40,203 bases of DNA, taken from the NCBI GenBank assembly GCA_000320545.1, contig ADNK01001518.1, positions 1-40,203 of the forward strand, read 5' to 3'. How positions within the stretch are numbered: the stretch's first letter is position 1; the number at the start of each line of letters is the position of its first letter. The DNA is from Bigelowiella natans CCMP2755. Taxonomy: Eukaryota; Protista; Cercozoa. Below, one piece after another: positions 1 through 14,140 of the stretch. The position numbers and the translations under genes are program-made. Under the pieces are notes generated by a model. It ran no database searches, was not told where the DNA came from, and saw only the letters and a list, made by a program, of their open reading frames with translations.

Positions 1-238
1 CGCATCTTCCTACTCGGTCTCTATTCGCCGTATATTCTAGTAAGACGCTGACACTAGCACACTCTTTTACCCCTACTTGTCGCCGAGATATTACTTTCTG
101 ATCCCCGGGTGCGAGCCTCCTCTCTCCATTCCCTAGCTTCCAATCCCCACTAGTTCCGGGCAACCCTACAAGACGGGGGGAGTTTTTTGGGGCACATAGA
201 CGATACGAAACACTGATGCCTAACACCTGCTTCTTTAG

Positions 239-1075
239 ATTGTCACTGGGACAGCAGCAGCAGCCAGGCCATGCAGAGTTAGAAATTGGCGGGGGTGAGA
301 ATGCACCAGGGGACGATCAGGTAGGAGGGGGAGGAGGACAACCGGGGAAGAGGGATTCCTGTCGGCCCTTTGGCCCGGAAGATGGGTCCTTCACGCAGGC
401 CAAATTCTGGTACCAAAAACTTCGGATGAAAAACGGGCTTTAAGGGGGTTCTGACGGGTCTGAAAGTGCCGATGAATTGTGCTCTGCTACAACATAGAGA
501 TGCCATCCTGATGGCGTCTCAGGAAGAACCTATTGGCGTTGCTACTGAGATTGTGAATTCTTTTGTTTTTCAAGATTTGAATTGGCCATGGCAAAACATG
601 CAGCAATAATTAAGTAGACTGCTTTACCTGTGCGCTGAGTGGTTGCATATTACGCAGGATCATCATCATTATCATCATCATCATCACCATCATCATCATC
701 ACTACCCCACCATGTACATCAAAATCACATGCAGATCTGCCACCGTCTCTTTAGGTTTCCTATGGGAATATGTGTAGTTCCATCAATTGGCTGCTGCTTC
801 GTTGCGGATACATATAATAATAAGATCAGAAGAATACCGACAACTGTTGGACCTATGGTAAGTGTGTAGTCGGAAGATGGAGCAGTAAAAGTAGTAACAG
901 CAATACTACTACTACTACTACTACTACTACTACCACTACTACTACTACTATAGTGTAGTAGGAGTAGTGGTAGCAGTAGAGTTGGGTTGGCGGTGTTTGC
1001 ACCGAGTTTGCTGCTGCGCTAATCGGACGATTTTCCCCAGCATTGATGGCACCCAAAAGAGTTGCGACGATGACA

Positions 1076-1106
<31 letters not shown>

Positions 1107-1797
1107 GGAGGAGGAGGAGGAGGAGAAGAAGAAGAAGAATGGGGTGTATCATGAGCTGCGCCACACTCCCGTAGAATGACGCCCTGACACATGGAAATAA
1201 CACTGAAATGCTTCCTCCTGATGTTGTATTCCAGGTCGTAACGACGTTGGCGGGGAAAGGATATGTTGGCCATATGGATGGAAGTATGTTCATCACTCTC
1301 TGCAAGGCTGCTCCCCCCCCCCTGCTTCCCCGCCCATACACCCTTGATTTATCACAACGCTGTTTGTAGCCTAGTGTGAAATTTATCTCAGCTTTTTATG
1401 TGTTTTTAGCATTTCGTCGGTAATGATTTCTTGTCGGTATATTGCCATTGTTGTTGCTGCTGTTTCACCGTTGTTACGATTCAATAAGGCAAGAGTTCTA
1501 GTGGCTTTAATCATCCATGCGGCCTCTCGTTTGACCCTTACTCCGACGCTCTAATAATTGCGGATACCCATAATCACAAGATTCGAAGGGTAGGAGGAGC
1601 CGTTGTTGCTGCTGCTGTTTTCTTTAAATTCAACGACTATGAGCTGCATTATCAATCATCATCATCATCCTCATCCTCAACATCATTGTGGATTATTACC
1701 TTTTTCCGTGCCTTTGTCGTGTCGAATGTGTGTTTGCACATAGTTGATGATTAGAAGACGCACACGCATACACACGCGCGCACACACGCAGATATAA

Positions 1798-1890
<93 letters not shown>

Positions 1891-2331
1891 AGTTGCTCTA
1901 AAGAGCTGAAAAACTACCAGGTCTTCGTGAACAATGGAAGTACGGAAAGCGTTGCAGGGCTGCATGGGGTGGTAGGAAACCATGACGGAGTTGGATCTAT
2001 TGCTACATTCAACCACCCCGCTGACGTGGCCTTTGACACAAGAACACGGGACATACTCGTTGCTGACACGAACAACCACAGGATTCGCAGGTGGTGGTGG
2101 TGATTGCCTCGAGATGGAAACAATGACGATATTCGAGAAAGATGATGACGATGACGATGATGATACTGATACTGATACTGATACGGATGATGTGGTGGTT
2201 GCGGTAAGTATGCATGGTGGTGATTGTAGTCATTGATGCTGACGTAAGTGATGATAATGGTGACGATGATGATGATATAATAACAATATTGTGCCGAGTA
2301 GTTCACCACTCACCCTCATGCACGCACAGAG

Positions 2332-2368
<37 letters not shown>

Positions 2369-2653
2369 CACACACCTGATCTCTCAATCAATTAATCAAC
2401 CAACTAACACAAATACAAAGAATATCTCCTGGCGGGAACGTGACGACAATACTCGGAATAGACGACGACTATTATGATCATAATGAGCATCATCATCAGC
2501 AGCAAGTGTATGAGATTGTAGGATCAGGGCCTCCTCCTGGTTTCCCTGCTCCTGGACTAAATGGCTCTGGTAGAACTCGTGCGTTGTCACAGTCATCATA
2601 AATGGATATTTTTCGCGAAAAACAGTAATTTTATCATCAATATAATAATCAAT

Positions 2654-2684
<31 letters not shown>

Positions 2685-3299
2685 ATATCATCAATATCAA
2701 TATCATCATCATCATCATCGCTGTAAAAAGGCACGCCCACCAAGCTCCATCTATCCAAAGCAAGCGTAGTAATACACGCACCTACGGGAATAGCAGTAGG
2801 TACTCGTCACTCCTGAGAATCACATCCATCATGATGATGCTGATGCTAATGCTGATGATGATGATGATGATGATGGTGGTGAGACAAGAGTGCTGGTAAA
2901 TCACACGACGCCTTGTGCTGTTACTCCTCCTCCTCCTCCTCCTCCTCTTGCTGCTACTACTACTACTTCTACAACTACTGCTGCTGCTACTACAGGAAAA
3001 GATGGAACGATATATTTTACTGAGAGGACGAATCACAGGATAAGAGCGCTGGCAGCAGTAGCTAGTAAAAATGGAAGTAGTAGCGGCAGTAGTAGTAGTA
3101 GTAGTAGTAGTAGTAGCATGATCCTTTCCACCGTTGCCGGTGTGTATGGAAGAAAGGGCTGTTTAGATGGAGCGACAGACAACTCACTCTTCAATCAACC
3201 GACGGTCCGTTGATGATGTGCTGATGTGAGCTTGTAGATATGGGAGGGTGATGCGAGGGATTGACAGCGAAGGGTTGTGCATTTTAACGTGTATGGGCT

Positions 3300-3355
<56 letters not shown>

Positions 3356-3562
3356 CGCTACAAGTGTTGGTTGGGAGTTGCGTTTGTCTGGACGCCTCTG
3401 ATCCATACATGTCATCATCGTCGTGGTCCATACATGTCATCATCGTCGTGGTCTAATGATTCGTGGGTGCAACTGCTGCTCTGCTACTGCTGTGACAGGG
3501 GATTGCTGTGGTGCCGGCGGGCAATGGCAATGAGAGCGAAGTCATTGAACATGATGATGATA

Positions 3563-3597
<35 letters not shown>

Positions 3598-3903
3598 CAG
3601 CATCATAGATTGGGAGTCTCATATCCGCTAAGTTTACGTGCGTATTCTTATTCCCAAAAAACCTTGCTCATGTACTTCGATGATAATGATGATATGATGA
3701 TGATGATGATATTATGATGATAGTACTAACACAGGTTCTTATGGTGGCGGATACGGGAAATGCCCTCATCAGACGAATCGTAATTTCGATAGTATTACAT
3801 CATTTGCAAAACCCACCATGCTTTTAAAAAGAACAACAATTCAATTGGTCACAACTCATCGACGCCGCCATTAGCATCATCATCATCACCACCACCACCA
3901 CCA

Positions 3904-3937
<34 letters not shown>

Positions 3938-4150
3938 TACTACTACTACTTCAACATCACCATGTGCATATTTACCACCTACGAATGGCTGCTCTAATTT
4001 ATCATCATCATCATCATCAGGCCCTCCATCCCCCTCACAATCACGCTGATGACGACTACCAGGATTCTCAAATGTACCAGCGTTTCTACAACGGTGCTAG
4101 AGCCGTTGAACAACCATCCTCATTGGGCAAAAGTAAAGAGATCTACTTAA
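239..4150 (+). CDS. NHL-repeat (beta-propeller) protein, multi-exon; 5' end probably outside the window, 3' end uncertain (3827 or ~4150)
   Basis: Phase-compatible GT-AG splicing of ~239-409, 755-857, 1235-1283, 1489-1589 and 1921-2090 gives DGSFTQAKFW/FPMGICVVPSIGCCFVADTYNNKIRRI..VVTTLAGKGYVGHMDG..FNHPCGLSFDPYSDALIIADTHNHKIRR..DGVGSIATFNHPADVAFDTRTRDILVADTNNHRIR. Later exons (~2995-3204 DGTIYFTERTNHRIR..DGATDNSLFNQPT; ~3499 GIAVV; ~3735 VLMVADTGNALIRRI) repeat the NHL consensus F-x-x-P-x-G-I/V...VADTxNxxIRxI. Confidence 0.85.
1803..1885. repeat. Compound (AT)n-(AG)n microsatellite in an NHL intron; representative of dozens of AT, AG, TG, GAT, TAG, GAG and GTT tracts in the window
   Basis: Directly visible: AT run 1803-1844 abutting AG run 1845-1885. 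Confidence 0.95.
3402..3451. repeat. Perfect 25-bp tandem duplication (TCCATACATGTCATCATCGTCGTGG x2), intronic
   Basis: Units 3402-3426 and 3427-3451 are identical. Confidence 0.9.
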
Positions 4151-4299
4151 GTCATAGCAGCAGCAGCAGTAGTAGTAATAGAAAAAGAAGAAGTAGCAGC
4201 AGTATTCTATAGGAAATCTATACAAGAGAGAAGCTAGCATGCTAAAGTAGTAGCAATAGTAATAATAGCAGCAACAGCAGTAATCGTAATAGTAGTAGT

Positions 4300-4509
4300 A
4301 GTAATGTCCGTCGTCATCTGTGTATCCTTGGATTGAGTACAGCACCATCCATATCGTCCATCATATTCTGCTGAGTGTGCGTGTATGTGCGTGTGTTTTG
4401 TTAATTTGTACGTCGTGGTGATGACCTACTGCTTCGGATTGTTGGATGGTTTTGCACGGGGGGGGGCTCGATCGGCTTATTCCTATTCAGAATCATCTAC
4501 AAATCAACC

Positions 4510-4541
<32 letters not shown>

Positions 4542-5700
4542 AAGGAGCAGTAGCACTAGTTGAAAGAGCAGTAGGAGGAGAAGGAGGGGGAGGGGGAGGG
4601 GGAGGGGGAGGATGTAAAATAAGAGTGTCCCATCTCCGTGCACGAATGATGATATAGATAAATAGATAGATGGTGACTGCCACAGCAAGTCAAACTCACA
4701 CAACTTCCACCAATGCACTTCTCATGATTTCTGTACAAACCTATCAGAGAATAATCCATCGTCCGTTTGTTGGCCAACTAGTGGAGGTTCATTGATCAAA
4801 CAGTGCTAGTAGTAGTAATAGTGGTAGTAGTAGTAGTAGAAATAGGTTTTAATAGCAATTAGAATTCTTATCAGCATTTTGGATTAATCCCTTATTCTTC
4901 CCCCCCCCCCCCCCCTCCCCTCCTCCTTTTCATGCACATCGTCACATTTCCTACAACCGAGATTGTCGGACTATTAATGGAAATATGTGTTGTTGTTGTT
5001 GTTGTTGTTGTTGTTGTGGTTGTTGTCTGTCCAGGTCGATAGGCGTTTTCTTGGTGTTGTTTGCTCGAGAGAACGCATTCACGGGGTACCAAAGAAGCGA
5101 TGGAAACTCCTAATCAGAAGGTGACAGCATCGTCATCAGCATCAGCATAAAATCCCCCCCCCCTCCCCCCCTTCGTCGATGCTTCATTCTGAGAGGGGTT
5201 GGAAGGGGAGGCATCACTACTTTTATCAGAGTCATCATCTCGATGTCGCCATCCGCACGTTTTGCAATATATGTATATGTAGATACTCTGTCTTAATATT
5301 TTAAAGGTTTGGTAGTAATGCTCATGCTGGTTCTTACCGGAGGGGGGTGGGAGAGCAGCATGACGAAGAGAGAAGGAGAATAGCATCATCTTTCACGCAA
5401 CCATCGTCCTCCGCCTCCTCTTCATCGTATATGACCTTGGAGTTCCCATCACCTCCAGCTACACTTAATGTATGCGCCACACGTTTTGAGACCGCGACGA
5501 TGAGAGAAATAGGCTGAATACTATGAATATATGAGAGAAGAAGAAGAAGAAGAAGAAGAAGAAGGAACAGAAGAAATGCTTATTTATCCCTCAATCATGT
5601 GACATTAGATGGGCGTCAGAGTCTCGTCATCACCCCCACCATCATCATCATCTTTATCATCATTATCGTCATCATCCTTAACGTCATTCTTTATCACCAC

Positions 5701-5732
<32 letters not shown>

Positions 5733-6023
5733 ACTCTCACCCTCCCCTGCATCCACAGTACCGACTACTTCCACTATCACTTGGAGAGGTAAGCTACTTT
5801 AGGGAAAAGAGAAAATATGATAATGATGAAGATGAAGAATGATGACGATGATGAAATTATGGTGTCTAACAACATAATCGGTAACACTCTCTACTACTAC
5901 TTATTCTCTCAAATTCTACTCCTTGTACACTACTACTACCACAATTACTACTACAATGTCTAGTACAACTACTGCTACAACTACTGCTACTATTCTGCCA
6001 TACATTCTTGTGTTTTGCTATTA

Positions 6024-6058
<35 letters not shown>

Positions 6059-6139
6059 TGGCCAACTGACAACTACTACCTTCTCCACGACTGAAGATCC
6101 TCTCCGCACACGAATGGGAACATGCTTTAGGTCGGTTAA

Positions 6140-6191
<52 letters not shown>

Positions 6192-6559
6192 GCGTGTGAG
6201 CAATAAGAGAGAGCGCGGGAGAATAGAAAGGAGGGGGGAGCAAAATCACAGCCTTGTTGCACGATAACGTGCACGTGTGTGTCGTCGTTTGTGTGTGCGT
6301 GCTTTCCCATGTACCACCTCACGCATAATGATATGATGGATGGATGTGTAGGATGTGATGAGGACATGTCAGAGCTACACGTCTTGAGGAAGGTGCTCGA
6401 TGTAATAATAAGCGCAGGGAGAACCACCCAAAAGTGTACACGATGTTTTAGTATACACTTATGTATGTGGGGTGATAGAGCGTACATCTCCTCCTCCTCA
6501 TCCTCCTCCGCCTCTATGCTTCTGCATACAATCCGTGTAGATGTAGTAAACAGCCGTCT

Positions 6560-6606
<47 letters not shown>

Positions 6607-6811
6607 TTGCTCGGTCGGCAACTATGCACATCCATCATAAACCAGGCATTCCATTCCAACATAACGAAGTCCCTTCCTCTCACAAAAGAGGCTGCTGCTG
6701 CCCTGCGACGCTTCCAAACGGTAGGGAGGAGGATGGGGACAGAGCAACTCTACCCCAGTCACCCACTCGACGGAAATTGACCCAGTCTTAGTTGTAGTTG
6801 TAATTGTATTT

Positions 6812-6844
<33 letters not shown>

Positions 6845-7511
6845 ATAATAGTAGTAGAGTCAGTAGAGCAAAACATTGATTCTTGTACAATTTGTACTAC
6901 CTCATAATTATCACAGAGCGGTCATGTGAGTAGCACCAGCCGGAGCTCGAGAGCCTCTCTCTCCTACGTTGGAGGGCCTCCCTCGTTCAACGCCAAAACG
7001 TCCTGTAGCGAGGAGGAGGAGGAGGAGGAGGAGGAGGAGGAGGAGGAGGAGAGTGGAGACGAAGCAGAATGGGAGAGGAGGTTGTTCTCCGTCACCATCA
7101 CACTGTCATGCATAATAAATGTCATCAGTCATTGAATACACACGCAAAATGAATTTCTGTTTCAACATAGGCCTTCACCGAATAATAGCCCTTTGCGACG
7201 ACAGAAACGTCGAAAGATCATCCCATCTCCTGCGTCTGTTGCGGAGGATTTGCTCAGGCTGAATGCGGCTGGACGACGATGGATGAGTTAAGCACAATGA
7301 TGAGTAACTTGTAGTATGTTATTAGTTATATGTATAATGTGTGTGTATGTGTGTGTGTAAGAAAGATTGTACATTAATCGAAGGCATAAACAGCAACCTG
7401 AGGCATAGCTTGTCCAAGCGCACATGTTGAAGAAGCATGATATTATCTCTCGATAATTCCCATGCATCATGCTAACATGTACGTACAGCGATCGGAGCTA
7501 GTTCACACGCA

Positions 7512-7555
<44 letters not shown>

Positions 7556-9373
7556 TACATATGTACGAGACGGATGTAATGAAATGTATGATCCTATTCT
7601 TTCAATTGTCATCCTGCTAGTGTAGCTATGCACACAGCGGCGGCTACAGTGCTTATCATGTTGTGTTTGTTCGTTCGCACATACACGTAACTCATCATGC
7701 AAATATCATGCATGCTCTAGCAGTACATGCTAAAATCTGCATTACTGTGTCCATTGTATGTGACTTATGATAGCAAAGTCGATCGCCATTATCGCGCTTG
7801 CTGCTGCCCAGATGCCGACAAATATGCAAGCTTCTACCGTTTTTAAAACCCGCTTTAAACAAATTTACTTGTTACAACTTAATAGCACGTACGAATGCAC
7901 CCACATACAACGCGCATCGATTATGTCTGCGACTAGAAACCTAAATAAGGCTTTACAATTGCACTTAAACTAGCGCCCAGGCCCCGTAGCTGTTGAAAAC
8001 GCTGCTCCTCCTCCAAGGAAGCGAGCACAACCTAACGCGAAGAGGAGGAGATGAGTGATGATGATTGTGATGCTCCTGATGATCTGAATGCAAACATCTA
8101 CCGACACATTAGATAATAAGCAATAACTACAATAGTCAAGACCCCAAAACTCGACGTAGTAGAGACAACAAATTCTTTGTTCCTGGCAACTTCTACTACT
8201 ACTAATAATAATAATAATAGTACCTCGAGATGTGTTGCTGTGTGCAGGATTTCATCCAACCGCCTAGACACATCTCGGGCAATGGGGACGACGTGAAATG
8301 TAAGTATTCTTCTGTTCCTGTGGATTGGGAGAATGGAAAGACCAAAAGAAACGACAACGACGGTGACGACGACGAGGAGGAGGAGGAGGAGGAGAAACGT
8401 ATCATTTAGAGCGCTGTTCTTTCGACAACATGTTGTTCTCGGTGTTCTCGCAATCTCCCTAGCCCAGAGGCCTCAAGACCGTAAACAGCTGCTGTATTCT
8501 GATGCTACATCATCATCATCATCATCATCATCACCATCGTCATCATCACCCATTGGCCGCCTCGACGGCTATTCACACAACGTAGAAGTACCTTGCACGC
8601 AGAGAAGGAAGAAAGATGCGAAAGGAGCGCTCGGATCCAAAAATACCTGCAACGTTCATTAGTAGATGTGTGGATGATGATGATGATGATGACGATAATG
8701 GTAGTGATAATGATGATGCTGAAGATATAATTACCGCGCAATTGTTTGGGGAGAAATGCTGCTCATGAATCGTTATTCCCACGCGCCTACATGTTGTTCC
8801 CCATTTTTGTTTTTTAAAAAAATAATTGGTTTTCTTGGTTCTTGCACGTTCTGCAAACTTTCGTCGAGGTGATATGACTTTCTGAGCTTGAAGCAACAGC
8901 TGCAAGAGCAGTGCCATCTCATCAATTCGAAAATAGTTTATTATTATTATAACTATTATTATATTGCAATACTACAACTACTACTACTACTACTACTACT
9001 ACTAATCATCATCATCCTTTCCTTCGCCTGCAGTACTACTACCTCAATACTTCTGGCAGCAAATGATCAACATTCTCCTCACTCTAACAAATTCAAAAAT
9101 TGACAGAGTTTCATCGTACCATTCACGTATTGTAGTAGCAGTAATAACAGCAGTGACAGTAGTTATTGGAAGAGGGGGGGCGAAGGAGGGAACGAAAACC
9201 AACATTTTTACTATCATCATAAAAATGTTACAACGTAAAACAACAGCGAACCCCTTCTGGAAAGGCCAGGCCATGAGCGTTAAATATCCCTTTGATGTGG
9301 TTCATGGGCAATGCTCATTAATATATGTATCAGCAGTGAGATGGCAAGTACCCACCACTCACTAGCGAGAAGT

Positions 9374-9405
<32 letters not shown>

Positions 9406-9479
9406 TTGCAGTAAACAATAATCTTTTCTTGCTAGCATCATTGATGTATTGACAACTCACCACGTACGTTTCTTCTCAC

Positions 9480-9526
<47 letters not shown>

Positions 9527-9535
9527 ACACAATTT

Positions 9536-9578
<43 letters not shown>

Positions 9579-9798
9579 TCCTCTAATTTATACTACCGAT
9601 ATCTATTTCCGCATCTTCGTTGTCCTCCTCCTTCACAGAGAACGAAAAACAGTCAAAACATTAGAGCGCCGCCGTGCTCGAAAGCAGGGAATTTGTCTCG
9701 ATTTCCTCCGATCTTCTCGGAGAAGTGGAAGATGGAGATATGGAGATATGATGTGATACATCGTACGATGCTACTATTAGTCGTACTACTACTATTAT

Positions 9799-9832
<34 letters not shown>

Positions 9833-10899
9833 GCTACCCCAAACGTGCAATCGCTGAACGCCCATAGATGTGGAACAACATTCAGCCGAATACTTCCCAT
9901 TTCCATTGCTGCTCCTTCTTCGTCGCGGCCGCTCTTCTCATCCACCTGAAGATGGTCACCACATGGCATCATGTCTCTCGTTATCTATCAGTCGCCGCCG
10001 GAAGAGATACTCGTGTTGTGCGAAAGAGAACCAACAAAAAAAAAGTAACCAACCCCACCTTCTGGTGGATGACAACAAAGAATTGAGTCTCTCCGCTAAA
10101 TCGTGATGGCGCTACTGATGCTGATGCTGCCGTCGCTGCTTGCGCAGACGTGCTGTTGTGGATGGTGGCATCGTCATCAGTGCGGCGGGGGTGTGGATGG
10201 TGCGGGGGATTTGGATGATGATCATTAATGTAGTTTTGAGCAGCATTGCCAGTAGGGATGCCGCTGCTGTTCCCATGATCTTCGTCGTTGCGGTACAGGT
10301 GCGGGTTCGCCTCTCTGTGTTGTGCAAGGGGCAAAAACATCAGCGTATGATAAGGCAGCACATTACTGACTTTTCACCATCGTAGATGATCACCTGTTTA
10401 TGATCTCCATTGCCCTTCGATCCTCCTCCTCATCACCATCATCATTATCATTGTAGTTGTTGTCGTAGTATTCGTGATCTTCCTCGACGTTCATTCGGTT
10501 GTTTGCTCCTTCCGCTGCTGCGATCTCTGCAGCAGTCGGAGCAGCTTCTTGGTGATTTCCGCCCTTTCGCTCCCTTGCCTGTTTTGTGTGTGCTTGCGTG
10601 TGTGTGTGTTTTCATTTTGTGACGCGGGTGACTTAGAAATCACGTAATAATGGTTGATATGAACTCATGCTGTTCATCATCGTTGTATAATTGCTTCGCT
10701 GGTTTCTACAGACGTCAGGCAGCATGTGTACCTCCTCCCCTCTATACCATTATCACTACTGCAATTGTCGGCACAAGGACCTCCATCAGCTTCGCCTCCG
10801 TCCACTTTCTCTCACGTGTGCGGTGGCGAAAATTGAAGTCGTGTTTGAATTCCTATGATAATATAAGTGGGGTTTGTTGTCGCTCATATGCTGCATCAT

Positions 10900-10940
<41 letters not shown>

Positions 10941-11287
10941 ATATACAACGACTTGAAGTTCTAAGCATAGTAAGTGTTTATCAATTCTCTCGCTGCTACA
11001 AAGTCACCACCTCGTCATATTCATGAAAACGTAGTCGAATCTCCATCGCCCTGTAGGATGATTTGGGAACACACAAACATTCATACACAGCACTGAGGAT
11101 GGAAAGAGCACACAACAAATGATATTACAACTACTACTACTGCTAATTTCTAGTAGCCCTCTTTGCATTTGGCTAGTAATGCTGCCCATTTTTGATCATT
11201 GTTAATTTGTAGTAAGGCCTTGGTGGTGATGATGATGATGATGATGATGGTGTGCTAAGCCGTTGCTGCTAAGTCGTTCCTCCACTC

Positions 11288-11329
<42 letters not shown>

Positions 11330-13289
11330 CTTAAAGTGGAGATCCAACACCCAAGTAGCAGCAGAACGGCACGCCCACAAACCAGGCGCGACTACCTCAA
11401 GATTCTCTCCCTATTCCATCCGCGAAACTCATTTAGCCTTTGATGCCTACACAACCAGCATGGTGAAAGAGATCACAATAGATCGATTTCATTCGAAATC
11501 TGAGTGGCAGCAGCAGCAGAACAAGCAGCAGGAAAAACTAGTCTTGGCCATCTACTTTGTAATACCATTGAGCTGCCTTTGATTCACCCCCCCCATCCTG
11601 CTCTCCATCCGTTCTGTTGTTGCTGTTGATTCCTCGCTGAGCAGTAGCAGTAGCAGTAGCAGCAGCCAGATATCACGCCAACAGCAAGCGACGAGACGTA
11701 AGCTTTGCCATCATCTACTAACTTCTGCAATGATGTGCTAATCCCTGTAATAAAATGTAGCAGCACAAGGGGTGAACGGGGAATCAACATACCAACAAGT
11801 CAGGAGGGGGCCTCATCTCCACGTCACTGTCGCTTTCACGGCCTCCTTCGGCATCGTAGTCGTTATCGGTTTTGGAATCCTTCTCGTCTCTGACATATGA
11901 GAATTCAATGTTGATTGTGAGATCCTCCTCGCGGTTTTTATTGCTGAGTAAATATCCCCATCAAACCTATGCATATATCTTGCCCATTCCGTTGGGTATG
12001 CAAGCTTCACTCTCCGCCCTCCATACGCCGCCGATGTTGTCGTTGCAGCTTTCATGTCTGCTGTTGTTGTTGCTGCTGCTGCATCATCCACGGTGGCGGT
12101 GTCGCTATTAGCAGCTTCTCTAGTGCCCCTGTCGGTCTTGCAATCACGTTCGGTGAGCTGTTTGGCAGTTGATTTACCACTATCAGCTTTGGTATAACCC
12201 GTTATCATCGTCATCGTATTATTATTATTATTTTCATTATCACTATAATTAAGCACTACGGCACAGATAAGTTGCTGCGCAAAACAAAAGGTGAATCAAT
12301 TGCGAGGGGTTTGCAATGAACGCTGTAACGTTAACACACGGCATCTTCGCTTGCATTGATAAGGCGACTACCCTTCCTGCGGTAAGGTATTGACTTAGCC
12401 TGGAGGACATCGGGATCAAATGGGTGTTATCCTGTGATAGTAGAAAGAAGATGAAGTTTTACGGGTCGCGCGTCACTTCACCTATACTTCCATCTTCTAC
12501 CACTCTTTTACCGATGGCATTTCCAAAATTAGATTCGGATGAAAGAATCTATAGTCGTCGTCGTAAACACCGAGCGTCGGAACACAGAAATACCTGAAAG
12601 CCAATGTATCAGAGCGGCCGAGTCTATGGTGTCGGAAAAAATGCTGAACCGACGATTTAACTCGTTCATTTCAATCCGTTTTCTACTATGCGTGATTCGA
12701 AATCTGCTGGCAAGTAATTTTACTACTCCTCCTCCCCCTCCTCCTCCTCCTCCTCCTAGTTCTGTCGAGACTATCAGTGCTATGAGAGATTGGACAGGCT
12801 TGTTGTTACCCCAGGCGTGAAAAGCGAAGAATACGAAGAGGATCATCTTCCGGATTGACTAGGCTTTTCTGAAAGCATCTGCTCTGAAGTGTGCCCACCA
12901 CCTGAGTTAACGTTGCATTTGTGGTAGGAGAACGTCCTCATCAGTCCTATGGAAGCTTTTTAAAATATTCTAGTGTTTCGACCACATAATATGTATCTAT
13001 TTTTTTTTATCTGCCATAAATCCACCCACATTATGTTACATGCATCTTCCTGCGCCGCATTTTCATCTAAAAAACGCATTCAGCTTCGTGTGTTTGTGTG
13101 TGTGTGCGTGCGTGCGTGATCAGCTCCGTGTATATCTTACACGCCGATTTCGCTTCCATTTGTTGCCTCGTCCGCGTGATTGCCCTGTAACATAAGTCAT
13201 CAGCGAACCAACTACATCATTCCTAGGGGAGAGAACTTTGTCCTCCCTCATTGCACTTGTACAGCAACAGTATAACAGCAACCACCTAC
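4300..13289 (-). CDS. Probable downstream exons of the NZF gene (or a second gene); intron-rich hypothetical protein, exon structure unresolved
   Basis: Many minus-strand AG..GT-bounded non-repetitive segments between microsatellite blocks, e.g. VVGTLQSRCFQKSLVNPEDDPLRILRFSRLG (~12900-12810), NKNREEDLTINIEFSYVRDEKDSK..RPPPDLL (~11943-11795), EFKHDFNFRHRTRERKWTEAKLMEVLVPTIA (~10852-10760), KPAKQLYNDDEQHEFISTII (~10705-10645), SRIQPEQILRNRRRRWDDLSTFLSSQRAII (~7270-7180). No domain recognised. Confidence 0.4.
9481..9525. repeat. (CGA)n microsatellite followed by a (CT)n tract
   Basis: About 15 uninterrupted CGA units. Confidence 0.95.
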
Positions 13290-13908
13290 CTTCAGAAAGA
13301 TTGGCTTGCTTTTCCTCCGCTTGGACAGAACTGGATCTGACAACGATGTTAGATGGAGGTTAGGACGATGGAGATCAGAGAAGCTACCATATTATCAGGT
13401 CGCAAGGCCTGTTCGCATCGATATGCAAGCAGAGGAGGAACCTACTTTCTTTCGCTCGAACCAGAGCCATCGACCTGGCCACTCGTCGTTGCAGTATTTG
13501 TATTGGTTTTATCAGCCTCCTCTTTATTTTCGCTTCGCGGCTTGGGTGTTTGGCACATGGAACAGCTCGTAAGGCTTGGATGGTTTTTGTACGTACAGGT
13601 GGAGCAACTCCATCTAATGTTAGTTAGTGAATGACAACAAGTAGTTTTTCAAATTGATTGGAAGGCTGAACCTGGTGGATGTTGCAGGAGTAGAATCGGG
13701 TTCGCTAAGAGGTGGGGTGCTAGCTGTGTGCGCCGACAGTGGTCGCTGCGTCCCACAAATCGAGCACGCCAAGAAGGAACTGGGGTTTTCGAATGTGCAC
13801 GCTGGACATTTCCTGAGCAACAAAATGACACGAAAATGCGTGTGAGTGCGTGTGAAGCTACAAATTAGGTGTCAGCAGTGCAAACCAGGCGTGCAAAGAT
13901 TCGGCCAT
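13290..13908 (-). CDS. 5' exons of a protein with two RanBP2/NZF-type zinc fingers
   Basis: ATG at 13908; exon 13908-13886 spliced to 13812 restores the Trp codon: MAESLHAW-KCPACTFENPSSFLACSICG. The next exon (~13613 downward) reads RWSCSTCTYKNHPSLTSCSMCQTPKP. Both match W-x-C-x2-C-T-[FY]-x-N-x6-C-x2-C. Confidence 0.85.
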
Positions 13909-14095
13909 TGGTTCCGATGAAGTGAATGCAGCTGCTTGCTGCTGGGGCTCGAGAAAGGTCTTCCAGACTCCGAGCGTGGGGAAAAAGTGAAAAAGTGTCG
14001 TCCCTGCGACAATCAGATCCATTTCGATGGTGCGACAACTGATATTCGCTCTGTTGCTAATTGCTTCTCAAGATCTTTCTCAACCTCTTCCCTAA

Positions 14096-14140
14096 TCTTC
14101 GGACACTAACGGACATTAACGGACACTAACGGGCAATAAT
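14096..14140. repeat. 10-bp tandem repeat CGGACA(C/T)TAA, three copies plus one degenerate copy
   Basis: cggacactaa cggacattaa cggacactaa cgggcaataa from 14100. Confidence 0.85.

Noticed and set aside
853-7135. Many 60-200 aa ORFs with poly-I/L/V/M/H/YI/RE runs
   Set aside because: They are translations of stop-free microsatellites in introns or on the antisense strand, not genes.
11944-11966. Possible 23-nt nucleomorph-like ultrasmall intron (GTTTGA..CTCAG, minus strand)
   Set aside because: A better donor (GTATGG near 12025) in the same phase gives an ordinary ~80-nt intron to the same acceptor.
12810-12860. EDDPLRILR resembling the CCA-adding/poly(A) polymerase motif; also RFDYVF (~11030) and NHIK (~9295) resembling nuclease/phosphodiesterase motifs
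   Set aside because: Isolated short matches; I could not find the other required motifs in consistent order or frame.
14096-14140. Short repeat array as CRISPR or telomeric repeat
   Set aside because: 10-bp head-to-tail units without spacers, only 3-4 copies, no cas genes, and not a TTAGGG-like unit.
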